DNA of 64,000 nt from Octopus sinensis (GCF_006345805.1 NC_042997.1:33294001-33358000); one strand, 5' to 3'. Shown: positions 11,187 through 26,190, counted from the first letter of the stretch. Numbers and translations are program-made. The notes: generated by a model not told the origin, from the sequence alone.

Positions 11187-13407
11187 TACTTCATAAGAAT
11201 CAGTCTATTGTGTAGAGTGGGTTGGGAAATTTAACTATAACTTGTTTGTGTATGTGTTAGTTAAAGTAGAAGCACAATGCTCCTTACAAGGGGCTGTCTC
11301 AGATCGGTGAGATCTCTGTAGGTGATGTTAAGTTCTAACGACTAAAGTTCAGTGTGTCAGGGACAATTTGTATGTGTTTTGTGGTGTGAGATGTAGTTTT
11401 GAGGACGAGGGGCTGGTGGGATTGTTTCTGCGGCTTTTGGGATGTTAGACATTGTAGCAATGACAAGAAGTGGGAAAGAGATGGGTGTATTATGTACAGG
11501 AAGTTAGAGTAGGTATACAAGCTTTGTAGTTCAAAGGAACAGATGCCGTTATTGTAACGATATAACAAGAAAGAATAAACAGTGCATCTGTGAATTTGTA
11601 GTAGTGTGTTGATCAGTGCATTTGTAGTAGTGTGTTGATCAGTGAGTTTTTATATTGTTGTGCTAAGACATTAATGCTTTTAAAACCAACACGCATCTTA
11701 CGAGATATCAAAAACGGTTTAATGTGAACGTGGCCTACTTACATTGATGTCGTATTAAAAAGGGAATCCTTCTACTCACGTTAAAATACTGACTCCAGAG
11801 CTGAGTACAAGTGAGTAATGGGAACTTCCATCATACTATCATTATCTAAAAATTATAGGAATATTCTAGGCTGCGCTACTGATGATTACATTTATTAAAA
11901 TAAAAAATAATTTAAAACTAACTAGGAAAAACATATATGGTTTATATTTATGTTTTAATTAACAAGACGTGTCGGAATATTTAATGACAAAAATTTTAAT
12001 ATTAAACTCCTGACGAGATTTAGTAACTGAACTGTGATATTGAAGTTAAATCAGGTATGAATAAAATTCAACATCTGGGATTTAGTTAATGTCAATTATT
12101 TTCCCATTTATTTCGCTATTAAAACGATTCTTTATTTTTCTTGGTCGTTATATTTTGATATGTTAATAGAAAACAAAAAACTAAACAGAAGTCTAAAAAA
12201 ACGGAAACTGAATAAGCTGTCTACTTCAGTCCCTTTTAATGGAAGGAAGAGAATTACTACGTGTTGTGTGTATATTGAGAACTTGCTTTTTTGTTGTATT
12301 AGGTTTTCAATTATTTTTATGTATTACTATGGCTTACTTTCATAATCTTTATTTTGAGAGCGTGTATGACTAAATGGATAAGGCTGCGAGAAGCCATCCA
12401 AAAGATGAGTAGTTTACATTCACTCAGCAACGTCTGAGCGGTTTTCGTGGACGACACATGTAATTACTGGCGACTGAATACTCCTACTTGAAAGTAAGAG
12501 TGTGAAAGATATGTGGTTCATTAAAGTAAAATGTTTTGCAAAATCCCCGAGCATTTCGTTAGCTCTCAATTTGAGTTCAACTTTCACCAGCGGAGATACA
12601 AAACATCTTTCTTTAAGAGAAAGAACGCCAAGAAAAGGACTTTATATGGAAAGCCAATAAACATGGCCTTTAAAACTATGGCAAAAACTAGTTTGCTTTC
12701 TCTGTTGGCGCTCTTCTCGGTTTACCATCTTGGTTAGCTAGTGTGCTTTTAACATTGCACAATTGCATTTTCATTTTCGTAAAATATACGTCCTATGATT
12801 CTTTTTCCTAAACGAATAATTGGTAATGCAGTATAAAACTAGTACTCGTCCATTTGGTTTCGATTCCTAGTTGTTGCCTTCTCGCATCCAGTACGTTGCT
12901 AATATCTCACAGCATATACCTTGTCCCATCACTATTTTATTTAAAATCATTGTTTGTCTGTCTCGACTTCCTTCCAGATGTACAATGTACGCCCTGTTGA
13001 AATGGTACCAAACTTACTTCAAGTAATGAAATCACTTGCTAACATTTACTGCTCGCGAGAGAATAGAATTTCAACAAAAGAACTTTATTGGAGACATCAT
13101 AAAACGCAGATTTCATTCTGAGGAAGCCATACACGAAATAACATTTAATGTAGAGGTAAAAGGAAGAAAATGTTCGTAAAAATACAGATTCCAGAGTCAA
13201 GTACTGTGGGAAATGGAGGCCTCCCTTATGCTGTTATCATTTAGAAATTATTTTTCCATTGCTTTCCAAATTAAAAACAAATATCAATTTCCATATTTTG
13301 ATTAGTATTGTCTTCTCTTACATGCGCAGAAGCACGCATGAGAACCTATTGGCGGACGATTGCGCACACGGATGAAGATATCTACATACTGAAACTTTTA
13401 TACACAC

Positions 13408-13770
<363 letters not shown>

Positions 13771-14166
13771 GATGTGTGACCAGATGATTGATAAAAACAG
13801 AGTTGCTTTTCTTCTGATATACCATTCACATACGAAGAGCAGCATCGTGTGTGTGTGTGTGTGTGTATGTGTGTGAGTGTGTGTGTGTATGTGTGTGTGT
13901 GTGTGTGTGTGTACAGTATAAGACCAACATACTCGAATGGGCTCATACATACGTATGCATGTATGTATGTATATATGTATGTATATATATATGTACGTAT
14001 AATATGCATCTATATATCAACGTATGTATATGTATACGCGTTGTATGTTTGTATATACTTACAACGCCAACCTGTTGTTAAATACAACTCCAACTAAATT
14101 GTTGAGTGCCACTTTATGTCGTTTGTTCACTACTTATGTGTGTTTACACATATTTACATATTTATT

Positions 14167-14227
<61 letters not shown>

Positions 14228-14643
14228 AAAGGGTGGAAGAAAAGAAAGAGTGAGAGTAGTGTCTTTCTCAACGTGATAATTAGAAATTGCTTCGATTAGG
14301 AAACGAAATCCGATCGCGAATGCAGTTCACAATAACTTTACCTCTAATCTACGTCGGTCACCTTTTCCTCTCGCTAATAAACAATACAAATGCAAATGCT
14401 GATGTCTTTGTAGTGTCGGTTGTTTAACATCTCAAGAGTCAGCTGTAAATACAAAATACGGTTCACACCGATCGCTTTAGAAGAGAAACCGTTGGATATA
14501 AAGAGCAACAGCAATTACAAACAGTTAGATCATTACCAGGCATTTATCGTCTTGTATATGACAAAAACAAAGTGTTAGAGCAAAGTCAGCGTATGCACGC
14601 ACACAGACAGACAGACAGATAGACAGACAGACAGATAGACAGC

Positions 14644-14674
<31 letters not shown>

Positions 14675-14722
14675 ACAGATAGACCGATAGACAGATAGAT
14701 AGATAGATAGATAGATAGATAT

Positions 14723-15160
14723 GTTTCTTTATTAGCCACACATGGCTGAATACAGACGGGACAAATTACAAAGTAGAGCTTTTCTTTTTTGGGGGAGAAA
14801 AACAAAGTGGGGTAGGTTTTCGATCAAAAGGGATCGTAAAAAGGAAAGGAAAAAAAAACGATCAATAGGGATCGTGTATTACAGAAATATCATAATATAA
14901 AATGTAAAGGGGGAAACAGATAAGGTTTATCCGTGGAAAGAAAAGCCTACGGAGAAGACCACGGTGACCTCGGTCAATAATGTCACATGTTAACACATTT
15001 ATTTGCAAGTAAGTAACTCTCTGTTTAAAATTTTTCCGGGTTCATAGGATCATACTCAAGGTGACTTCGTCATTCATACATGCTGCCCTTGCTACATTCA
15101 CCCATCTTTTTTTTTAAACATTCGCTAGACAAAACTTGCCTCTCTACTCTCAATTTCCTT
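14723..15160 (-). mobile_element. L1/Tx1-like LINE 3' end (ORF2 C-terminus and 3' UTR)
   Basis: Minus translation RVERQVLSSECFKKRWVNVARAACMNDEVTLSMIL* (stop 15042-15044). The UTR ends ...gtggctaataaagaaac next to (ATCT)n. Confidence 0.65.
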
Positions 15161-15404
15161 TTCAAGTGATACTTGAAGACGTTGATGAGAGATTGATCAG
15201 ACAGATAGATAGATATACGTATATATTCACAAGTCGATGTGTGTAGAAATTGAGGAGGGAATATTCGAACGAATGATGAAGTCTTCTCAATATATGTTGT
15301 TGAAAATACAGTATGACCAAGCTAAATTCGACAGTTTGCATAAAAGGAAAGTGAACCACAATATCCCCATCTAAAAATGAAAGTACTTTTTTTAAAAACC
15401 ACGG

Positions 15405-15600
15405 TTAGGAGATACCAGTATACTCAAAGTAGCTTCCCTCAGCTTCCACCAAGGCTTCAAGACAACTCCGGAACCTGGCACACGTGTTCTTCACTGTGTT
15501 TCTGAGAAGATCTTCGAATACGTCCTTGATATTGGTTCAGTGGGGGTCGGGAGATTTATATTTCCCCTCTTTTTCAAACAAAGTTCTTTCGTTCAAGTCA
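15405..15600 (-). pseudogene. Tc1/mariner-superfamily transposase C-terminal remnant
   Basis: IKDVFEDLLRNTVKNTCARFRSCLEALVEAEGSYFE resembles the Tc1/maT-type C-terminus (RFRSRLEAVVEAEGG). Confidence 0.65.
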
Positions 15601-17556
15601 AGATAACTCTTGTGGCTTGTGGATTAATGAATCGGTTAGCCTTTCTGTGTGTACGTGTGTGTGTGTGTGTGTGTGTGTGCATATGTGTGTGTGTGTGGAT
15701 TAATATACTTGCATTTGAGTTGTAGGTGTGCATGTCACAAGTTTGTCTGTACCTGTCACTCTTTGTGTGTGTGTGTGTGTGTATTCCATATGTATTTATC
15801 ATTGTGTGTATGTGTTAGCTCATGAACCTCAAATAAAGAATTTCTGGAATGCTTTATTTTTTTCTGTACCGCAAATCGATTGAATCTCCGGTGTATGAAA
15901 CAACTTGTTTTATTTCTGTGGAGAACAAAGCATTTCTAGGCTTTTACGTAATTTTTTTTATTGCATAGCACAGTGCACCGATGATAATAGGTACTAATAA
16001 AAATTTATAGCTTGGATATAAGAAATATTTCTCATTAGTTTTCTGTAGGTGCTCTCTTTTTTTTCCAATTTTTGCCGTGGCATTCACAAGCAACTGATCT
16101 ACCACAGTGCAGAATTTTTGCCCACTGTATCCTTGTGTTTACATTGAGTTGCTGTTTTATCGCATACATACATTATGGTTCTTATGTATCTTCAATATGG
16201 CCATCAGAGCAATCGTGCCTGCGTATAGCATTATAGATTTCAGCGAGAATTTTATTTCTCGTAGGAAGGAATTGACTGTGGAATAGCTTTTTGTACAAAC
16301 AGCTGTCCCAATTCGGCTCTCATTATAAAAAGTTTGCTAAGAGGATTTGTAGACCCATTATAATTTGCATAATTACTAAAATGAATTAAGGGAAACAAAT
16401 CAAATGAGACATGAATTTAGATAACGATGTACTTAATGAGTTACAAAAATAAATTAGTGGCATTTGTTAGCGACTCTCAAAGCATAAACAAAATAATTTC
16501 AGAGAAGAATTGATTTTATGAAAAATTAAATGTTTATGTCTAGTGAGAATGTTACATCATTGTTAGAAGACAAGATTAAAGCTACGGACATGTTTCGGCT
16601 TCATTAGATCTTATCTACATAACATAGTCTATTCAAGCCTGTTTAATCATTTGACCGATTTTACAAGTATAATAAAGAAGTTTCAAAGATTTTATGGCCG
16701 GAATAATTTGTATAATTTACAAAATATGATATGATGCTGCGGCAAATTAGTTTTGTACCTATCCAATCTTGACAGCCCGTTATCCTGTTTAAATATATAT
16801 CTTTTAATCTGTGCCAGTGTGAGAAATCATTATATGCTCACGAGGAAAACGTTACATAGTTGCTTAATAGCTATAACTGTAAATTAGTGGAGAGATTTGA
16901 TATCCTAGGTTTCATGCTCTGCTGGGAAGCATTACTACTGATCATTGCTTCCCATTGAAGCCTTAAAACTTAAAACACTGGTATGAAATCGCAGAACTAA
17001 TTGCTAATAGGCGGATGTCTTCATGTGAGGACTAAACGTGATGAAAAACGAAAAGTGAAGATTAGCGAGCTTTAAAATGGCAAAAAAAAAACAATGTTAT
17101 GGTATTATAACTAAAGAAAAATAAAGAGCTTTTACACGCATACATATATGCAGATACATATATACACACACATGCTTACACTTACACAAACCTAAATTTA
17201 TATACGCAATACCCTTCCTTGTCAACGGTAGACCAACGCTATTTCTTAATATTTTTCTTGGATTTGCTTGAAGTAATAACGACCATGACATGTTATAGAT
17301 AAAAACGTAACAGTTAAGTAATATAGCATTGATTTCCTCTCTCTTCTGTTGATCACGTCATAGGTCGTCTGCTCTTTCCGTTTGCTTCAATGATGAAGTA
17401 TGTCGGCTACGAAGTGTACTTGTTCACATTATATCTCCCTTCACTCTTTCTCTCTCAGCATGCACAAATATATACTCAGCATGATACTCACGCTCGCATG
17501 CACACACACACACACACACACCACACACCACACACACCACACCACCACACACAACA

Positions 17557-17604
<48 letters not shown>

Positions 17605-18273
17605 CTTGTATATGCTAAAGCGTCGTTACTGACTGAGAATTTCATGCAAGAATGTTTATCTGCGAAATCAACAGAGCACATCAGCTCTTACAACACCGAA
17701 AGCTAGATTCATGTAGACTATATCCAATCATGCACGAAATGATTCAAGAAGCAGAATGTACTATCGCTTCAGCATTTCATTATTGATTGAGCAGGTATGA
17801 TTTGGTATTTCTGTCAAACGTAATGGAATGATAAGTCTTAAGCACTACTGAGGAATGAGAGAAGATGAATTCAAATTACACTATTTTAATTATTCTTCGT
17901 CCACCAGCCATGCTGAAAAGGAGAATAAAACTTTGTTAACCTATATTTGACATTCTCATGAACACAACACTGATTTTGGTACTACATGGAGGATTCTGAT
18001 GTAAAGGAGATCCAAAGTACAAAGTAGAAAAAAAATTGCAATTCATGGATATTCGAAAAGATCCTCATATTAAAAAACAACAAAAATTTGTGAATTATTT
18101 AGACACAAGGTTTGAGTTTTTCCGAAGTGTTGCCACATCGACAAATTCCGAGTTAAATTCCGGAAATCTACGAAGCAAATGGATTAAATAAATGGCATAC
18201 TGTCTTTACTGTATAGTCTTCATCGTTCGGATCCTGTTAGATTGTATTGGTCAAGCAGGAGAGATTTTTACTC

Positions 18274-18373
18274 NNNNNNNNNNNNNNNNNNNNNNNNNNN
18301 NNNNNNNNNNNNNNNNNNNNNNNNNNNNNNNNNNNNNNNNNNNNNNNNNNNNNNNNNNNNNNNNNNNNNNNNN
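18274..18373. other. Assembly gap (100 N)
   Basis: Run of N. Confidence 1.
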
Positions 18374-18609
18374 AGCTCCCCAAAGGATTGAATGATCGAC
18401 TGATGACTCTGCAGCTCCCCTTAGAAGAAAGTACCATGTCACCATCATCATTGCTTTTTATATATATATGAAGAATCGCAACCTAAAAGTATCAGTCGAT
18501 ATAGTATGTTGGTATATTAAATTTCGATTCCTACACATAGCATTTATTTCACTATTTCATAACGGAATGTGTACACGGTACTGGTACACTTCATATGTGT
18601 GTGAGTGTG

Positions 18610-18663
<54 letters not shown>

Positions 18664-18682
18664 TGTGCGTGTGTATTTTCTT

Positions 18683-19120
18683 TTACTCTTTTATTCTTTT
18701 ACTTGTTTCGGTCATTTAACTGCAGCCATGCTGGAGCACCACCTATTAATTGAAAAACTCGACCCCAGGACTTATTCTTGTAAGCTTGGTACTTATTCTA
18801 TCGGTGTCTTTTACCAAACACTAAGTTACGGGGATGTAAGCAATGGTGGCGGGTGACAAACAGATGCAAAGACATACACACATAAATATATGCATATATA
18901 TATATATATATAATATATATATATATTATATATATAATATATATAATATTATGCATATACGACGGCCCTCTTTCAGTCTCTGTCTACCAAATCCACTCGC
19001 AAAGGATTTGGTCGACCTGAGGCTATAGTAGAAGACATTTGACCAACGTACCTCGCAGAGGGCTTGAACCCAGAACCATGCTGTTGGGAAGCAAGCTTCT
19101 TACTACACAATCACGCCTGT
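18683..19120 (-). mobile_element. SINE-A copy
   Basis: Both arms and the internal (TA)n. Confidence 0.85.
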
Positions 19121-19608
19121 ATATGTGTGTGTGTGTGTGTACATATATATACGTATGCATGTATGAGTGTGTGGACGTGCAATATATGCGTATATAAATA
19201 TATATGCCAAAGACGTTTTTTTTTTTTAAATCAAACAATTACAAATGAATTGCAGTTTCCTATTTGCAAATAAAATAGAACGTAACTCAATATTGACTTT
19301 ACGAACAGAATAATAAAACAGAGCAAGATAAAAGAAAAAGAGAATCTGGAAAGATAAAAGCAGAGAGACAAGGATGCAGCCACTAGAAAGAAAGTATACT
19401 TAGAATAAACAACAAATCATATCAGGATACCGCACATGAGTACACACAATTATAAAATCTCCTAGACTAAACAAATAAATGGTGGTTGGAACCACAAATG
19501 AAATATGCTTTCATTACGAAGCAATATTAACTACTTCGAATGAAATTACCTGTACTTAACAGTAAATCTAGTGACGATTACTTATGTGTGTGTGTGTTAT
19601 ATATATAT

Positions 19609-19703
19609 CAGCCGAAATTTGCTATGATGATCCGGTTTCTGACCCGTCTGTTTTCTGTGTTCGTCTCTTTGTGTATTTCACGTTCTTGTTTCTTTGTATA
19701 TAA
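19609..19703 (+). repeat. Fragment related to the terminal repeat at 36306-36435
   Basis: cagccgaaatttgctatgatgat is shared, followed by similar ctgtgttc...gtatttcacgttc. Confidence 0.7.
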
Positions 19704-19734
19704 TTTACATATATATATATTATATATATATAAT

Positions 19735-19819
<85 letters not shown>

Positions 19820-19831
19820 CATATATATATA

Positions 19832-21123
19832 CGAGGGGCGTTCAATAAGTAATGCCCCTGACTCAGTTCTCATAGCAGTAGAGCAACGAAACTTGGCACA
19901 GTTATTAGTCTTTTTCTACATAGGAACCACCCAGAGTTACGCATTTCCTCCATCGTTTGATGCAGCTCTGGAGACCGTTTTTATAGAGGACCCCAGCTTG
20001 GTCCTCCAACCACGACGTGACTTCAGAAATCAAGGCTGTATCATCTGGGAAACGCTTTCCTTTCAAAAACAACCTCATGGCTGGGAAGAGGTGAAAATCA
20101 GAGAGTGCAAGGTCAGGAGAGTTGGGGGATGGGGGAGGAGTTCATAGCCGCACGCCTGTGCTTCTGATCTGGCAACACGTGAGTTGTGGACCGGAGCGTT
20201 GTCCTGCAGAAGGAGGATGCCTTTGCTGATCTTGCCCCGCCTCTTGATTTTGATAGCTTCTCTTAATTTCCTCAAAAGTGAAGCATGATAGGCTCCTGTA
20301 ATTGTGGAACCCTTTGCCAGGAAACCTGTCATCACTATTCCGTCCTGGTCCCAGAAGACTGTGAGCATGACCTTACCAGCAGAGGGCTGCACCCTTGCTT
20401 TCTTTGGAGGAGGTGAGTCACGGTGCTTCCACTGCATTAACTGGGCTTTGGTCTCTAGATCATAGTGATGGACCCAGGTTTCATCCTGGGTAATCAGTCT
20501 TTTGAAAAATTTTGACTCATCTTCTAGGCACATCTCCAAATTCATCTTCGAGCACTCAACGCGTTCTTGCTTCTGGAAAGGTGTGAGCAACTTGGGAATC
20601 CATCTGGCAGACACCTTTTGCATATGCAAATGGTCATGAATGATAGTTTCCACAGACCCGGTACTAATCTTGACCTCATAGGCTATTTGGCGAATAGTTA
20701 TGCGTCGATCTTCCAAAATGGCAGCCTCAACTTGACGGACAGATGCCTCATCAATGGCAGAAAGGGGGCAACCAGATCTGGGAGCTGTTTCCACAGAGTT
20801 CCGACCATGTTTGAATTCACGATGCCAGCGTTTTACAAGGTCATATGATGGGGCATCATTACCATAAGTTAATTTCATTTCATCAAAAGTCTCCCGTGGT
20901 GTGCGTCCTTTCAAATACAAAAACCGGATCACTGCTCGACACTCAACAGGCTCCATTTCACACTTGACTCAGTTCAAACACCTGTAAATCAGAAACCACA
21001 ATTAGTTCAGAGCTGTAATTTGCCACTTAATCTATAGAGATAGAAATGATTTCACATGCAAAATTTCAGCTAGATCAAACAACTGCAAATGGGTCAGGGG
21101 CATTACTTATTGATCGTCCCTCG
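19832..21123 (-). mobile_element. Full-length 1292-bp mariner (DD34D) transposon
   Basis: 31-bp TIRs cgaggggcgttcaataagtaatgcccctgac with 2 mismatches between ends, flanked by TA on both sides. Confidence 0.95.
19905..20956 (-). pseudogene. Mariner transposase, ~350 aa once a single 1-bp deletion at the YSPDL motif (~20125) is repaired
   Basis: WIPKLL, QDETW and QDNA motifs. The restored frame reads HPPYSPDLALSDFHLFP...CVTLGGSYVEKD*, with 34 residues between the 2nd and 3rd catalytic Asp. Confidence 0.92.
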
Positions 21124-21571
21124 TATAATCAAGAGAGCCGTCTTTTATACTTCTACTATCAATAAAATAAGGACCAGTAATAGTATATTGCTTTGATTCA
21201 ATCGTATAAATACATACCTGGCTTTTCGCTTGGTCAGATAAATGTTATGTTCTTTACATAAATTAGTAATAAAATTAATGAGTAATAAATGAAAGTGGTG
21301 CGAGGTTTCTTCGATATAAGCTAAAAGTAAAAAAAAAAAAAGTAAAAAAAAAGCTGTGAAAGGCCTGTTCCCTTCACTATCGCTCGACCAGACAATAAGA
21401 CGATAAGACGATTGTTGGTCGATATTGCGGTATCAGATTTGCTATATTTACCTGTAACATGCAAAGATATATACACATACTCATATGCGAATGTATTTAT
21501 TCATACATAAATACGTACACACACATACACACATTATGTATATATTCTATCATAGGAACTAGACCTGATAT

Positions 21572-21745
21572 TTTGGAGATGTTAGCTAATCCATACATCG
21601 ACTCCAGTACCGAACTGTAATTGTTTTCTCGACTCCAAAAAGATGAAAGGTAGAGTGGACTTTGGCGTCATTTGAATTCAGAATGTAAAAATGAACGAAA
21701 TGCCTCTGAATATTTTGTACAGCGTGCTGGCGGTTCTGACAACTT

Positions 21746-21748
<3 letters not shown>
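21572..21748 (-). mobile_element. Diverged SINE-B copy
   Basis: gatgaaagg...tttgaattcagaatgtaa...cgaaatgcc matches the array unit and head. Confidence 0.75.
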
Positions 21749-21833
<85 letters not shown>

Positions 21834-21885
21834 ACACACACACACACATACACACACACATACACACACACACGCACTCACACAA

Positions 21886-22005
21886 AAGACTGTTTCTCAT
21901 TCCCTCTCTCTGAATGTGTGGGTGTGTGACCAAAATATACATCCATTGTTGTATAGCAAAATTGAAGAACATGGGAAATTTCTAATCGGATGACACGGGT
22001 GCGAG

Positions 22006-22048
<43 letters not shown>

Positions 22049-22229
22049 ATACACACGCACACGCACACACAAACACACACACATACATATAAGACTGTAT
22101 CTCTCTCTCACTCCCTCTCTCTGAATGTGTGGGTGTGTGATCAACATATACATCCATTGTTGTATAGTAAAATTGAAGAACATGGAAAATTTCTAATCGG
22201 ATACACGCGCACACACACACACACACACA

Positions 22230-22260
<31 letters not shown>

Positions 22261-22265
22261 GACAG
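21886..22265. repeat. Tandem duplication, period ~205 bp, joined by (CA)n
   Basis: aagactgt...ctctctgaatgtgtgggtgtgtga...tttctaatcggat at 21886 and 22091. Confidence 0.9.
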
Positions 22266-22650
22266 AAATTAGAAAAAAAACATAACAACCTGAAAAATAA
22301 CATGCTACCGTGTTATTAGTTTCATGTAATAGACAGTCGTAATTAAAGAAAAACATACATATATTTTGAAAGCCGTGCTCAAGCATGACCTTAGCCTTGA
22401 TGGCTAAAAGACATTAAAAAACTGAAAAAATATGTGATATGTTACTTGAAGACTGTCCTTGTGGAAATAAATTCATTCGGGAACTTTTAAAAGCGAAATA
22501 TATATACACATGTTTTACTCACTTCTTGATACTTACTCTAAGCCAGTCTTTCTGAACAATTTTTTTACTTATAGACCCCTTTGATTACTATTTTATTTGG
22601 ACGTTTAAAAAATCATCCTGTTATATTTTCACAATTAAATATTAGGAATT

Positions 22651-23052
22651 TACTCTTTTTACTCTTTTACTAGTTTCAGTCATTTGACTGCGGCCATGCT
22701 GGAGCATCGCCTTTAGTCGAGGAAATCGACCCCCAGGAGTTATTCTTTGTAAGCCTAGTACTTATTCTATCAGTCTCTTTTGCCGAACCGCTAAGTTATG
22801 GAGATGTAAACACACCAGCATCGGTTGTCAAGCGATGTTGGGGGGGGGGCAAGCACAGACACACAAACACACACATACATATACATATATACGACGGGCT
22901 TCTTTCAGCTTCCGTCTACCAAATCCACTCACAAGGCTTTGGTCGGCCCGAAGCTATAGTAGAAGACACTTGCTCAAGGTGCCACGCAGTGGGACTGAAC
23001 CCGGAACCGTGTGGTTGGTAAGCAAGCTACTTATCACACAGCCACCCCTGTA
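22651..23052 (-). mobile_element. SINE-A copy
   Basis: Both arms. Confidence 0.9.
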
Positions 23053-23897
23053 TAAAAAACATTTTAAAGATATTTTGTGTATTATAGAGGTAGATCCAAT
23101 TCATTACAGATGCATTTTTAACAAAAAATCTTATGTGGACCCCACAAGGCCCATATTGAGCCAGATGAGAACCACAGCTCTAAGCTGTGACACAATATGC
23201 TAGAAATATCAGTCAAATCTCCTTCTAATCACACCCTATAGTCTTAAATAAAGAAAGAAACCACTCAATAATGTTGACATGGAAACATTATTTTTGAATA
23301 AAAAGGGATCCTATGGTAAATGTAGAAGTTCCTTTTAGTGGTCTTTCATATTTCCTTATGAGTTTTCTATGTTTGGTTTGGAACATTAGCGGTCCTAAAT
23401 CTATTAGGCAGTCATTAACGTTTCGGAACTCTCCTAGCTTCATCCCAAGAATGAAATGAAGGTAAGAATGACGTGTTTTTCGCGCTTTCGTTGGACTGCA
23501 AAAGACCATATGATTATTGACGATTTTGCCCCATTTTTCAGCAATTAATTCCAGACACAGCACCTAAAGGAATAACTATAAGAATTGACGAACTTAACTG
23601 CTGAAGAATTTTAAAATCTGATATTAAAGATACAGTAAAAGAACCAGCGTTATCATGCTACCTTGCGACTGTTGAAAGCTGCACGACGCAAACATTCCAT
23701 TCTACCATTATTTCAATCTGAAGATGGAACTGACAAGTCTCCGAAGTGTTACTGGACTAATAGATTTTGGAAATATAGTGTTTCAATACGGAAATATGAA
23801 ATAATCGTGTCTTTACAACAAGAATGAAAAAGAAGCATACATACATACAATCAATGTGTTCGTATGTATGCGTGAAAATATATGTGCTTGTGTATAC

Positions 23898-23939
<42 letters not shown>

Positions 23940-24311
23940 TACATGCATATAGAGAAAAATGACATATGTGAGTGTGTGCGTCTATATTTATTTATATAAG
24001 AGATAAACAGACAGATTGACAGAATAGATAGATAGATGCGATTAGCATGGCGGCCAATTTTTATCAACTTTGTCGTCAAGCAACATTTCAGGAATAAATG
24101 TTTCAAGAGAACAATGCATTGTATGCATATTTCAATCGGTCAATAATAATATAAAATATATAAACATGGAAATTTGATTAGATGCCAAGCCTCAAGCATA
24201 TCCTTCCAACAATTACCGATTCATCGTGTAAGGTTACTATTTATGTTTCTAATTTTGTTGCATAGACTTTTGTATTCAATTGATGGACCGTTTAAATATT
24301 CATATACATAC

Positions 24312-24391
<80 letters not shown>

Positions 24392-26009
24392 CAGAGAGAA
24401 TTCTGGTTTTATGCTTTTGTCATATATAAATGTATGAATAAAAGACGTAGAAGTCGTATCCTCTGGTTAAGCATAGTATGCCACATACTCAGTGCTAACC
24501 AAAACCAAAATTACAAATATGAATTATTAGATATAAAGAAGTAAATAATTGCGAATTCATTATTTTAAAAGATGCTAATCTAATGCTTGAATCTCAATGG
24601 AAAAGTCAGTGAATAGCTAATATTTTCATGTCGAAAGGCAATTTTCCCTGTATTTTTCAACATGCATACATTAACATATGACGGTATTAAACGTACATAC
24701 TTTAGCTTTAGTTTCAAAATGCTTTAAATATATTGACGCAAGAGCAGAAAAATTCCTGTTTTTTTACTATAGAATGAAGACGCATGGGCGGATATAAACA
24801 GTCAATACATCTGTTATTTGTTCGTCTGATATAATGTTCAGAGGCATTTTTCTTTCAATGTTTAACTCTGTTTAAATATAGATGAGAAGTCTCTTAAGAA
24901 ACGTCTAAGCTGTCTTAAAGAATTCGCTGGATATTGCGATTTAAATGATTTAGGAATCATGTGAAATCTGCTGTGCTTTGTTTCAGAGTGATATAGTCTT
25001 TTGTTGATAATTTCTGTATTTAATGCCTACTATCTACCCTGACTAATTTAATCATGGCATTTGATTACACTAAACAATACCCGAATACTAAAGATGTAGT
25101 TATTTGCTACAAGTTCTTTGCACAATTTTTGGTTTTACGAAAATGTTTAGCTTTAACCTGATAACAATACTTACTATTCGTCTATCTCTAAACTACACTC
25201 AAACGTACTTATGGTATGTGTGTGTGTGTTGTGTGTGAAAAATGAGTATTATCTAGCTGGTTTGAATAAATCAATTAGAGACATGATACAACTTTACAAT
25301 GCAGCCAGTATTTTTCCTATTTAGCAAAAATTGTAATAACGTGACTAAAGTCGTTACACTCATATCACAAGCAGCACACTTTTATGTAAGCAGGCTGAGC
25401 ATTTAGATACAATCAAAATTCTATGTTCCGACAGCTTTAAATTAATCCTGACAAACGTACTTTTGATAGAGCTTCACATAAAGATAGAAACTTATATTAT
25501 TCAGTCGATTCCAAACAATAAATATAATTCAAACTGCAAGATACGACAAAAGTGCATAGAAAATACATTTCAAAGGTCAAAAGTTCTCTCAGATTCCATT
25601 TTGACTATGATTACTTATGCTCTTCACAGCATATGAAGTTTTGAACTGTAATAGAGTAATTTCTTCGTTGCTGAAAATCCTGAATATTTCATGTTCTTGA
25701 AATGTCGGTAAATTTCAGGCTTATCTCAGGACAAAGATATAACGTAATAAGAGAATATAATATATTAATAATAGAAAATAAACTATCCGTTATCATGCCA
25801 TGAAAATAAGAGTGTTTATTCATACGAATGTAGCAGTGTGCGCATGTATACCGGTTTGGGTGATTGGTTTACATATGAGAGCACACACAACAACACGCAC
25901 GTGCACACACACACACACACATACCCACGCACACGCACACACACACACACACACACACAATTAATTGGCTGCGTCATTACAGCGTCAGACATTGTTTGTA
26001 GCTTTTGGT

Positions 26010-26190
26010 CAGATTCTTTGCGCTTTCATTTCAAATTTCGTCGAGGTTAACTTTGCCTTTCAGGTCGATAAAAAAAGAATTAATCCAAAGCGGTGGATTA
26101 GCAGAACTATTAGAACGTTTGACCCGATGCCTTGCAGTACATTTTTTAGTTCTTTTGCGTTCTGAGTTCAACTCCTACCATGACCTATAT
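26010..26190 (+). mobile_element. Degenerate SINE-B fragments
   Basis: tcaaatttcgtcgaggttaactttgcctttc, and a second head gcagaactattagaacg...gttctgagttcaa. Confidence 0.55.

Noticed and set aside
12008-12060. ctgacga followed by a gattta/taaatc stem
   Set aside because: No GAAA or stem III after the stem.
16400-16790. Possible hAT transposase remnant
   Set aside because: No convincing motif could be read.
18192-18471. ORFs spanning X runs
   Set aside because: Artefacts of the N gap.
23130-23205. Hairpin plus CTAG resembling a Helitron 3' end
   Set aside because: CTAG is followed by A rather than T, and no TC start was found.
23718-23760. ctgaagatgg...tccgaag hammerhead-like motif
   Set aside because: GAAA and the cleavage triplet are not intact. 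At most a decayed relic.
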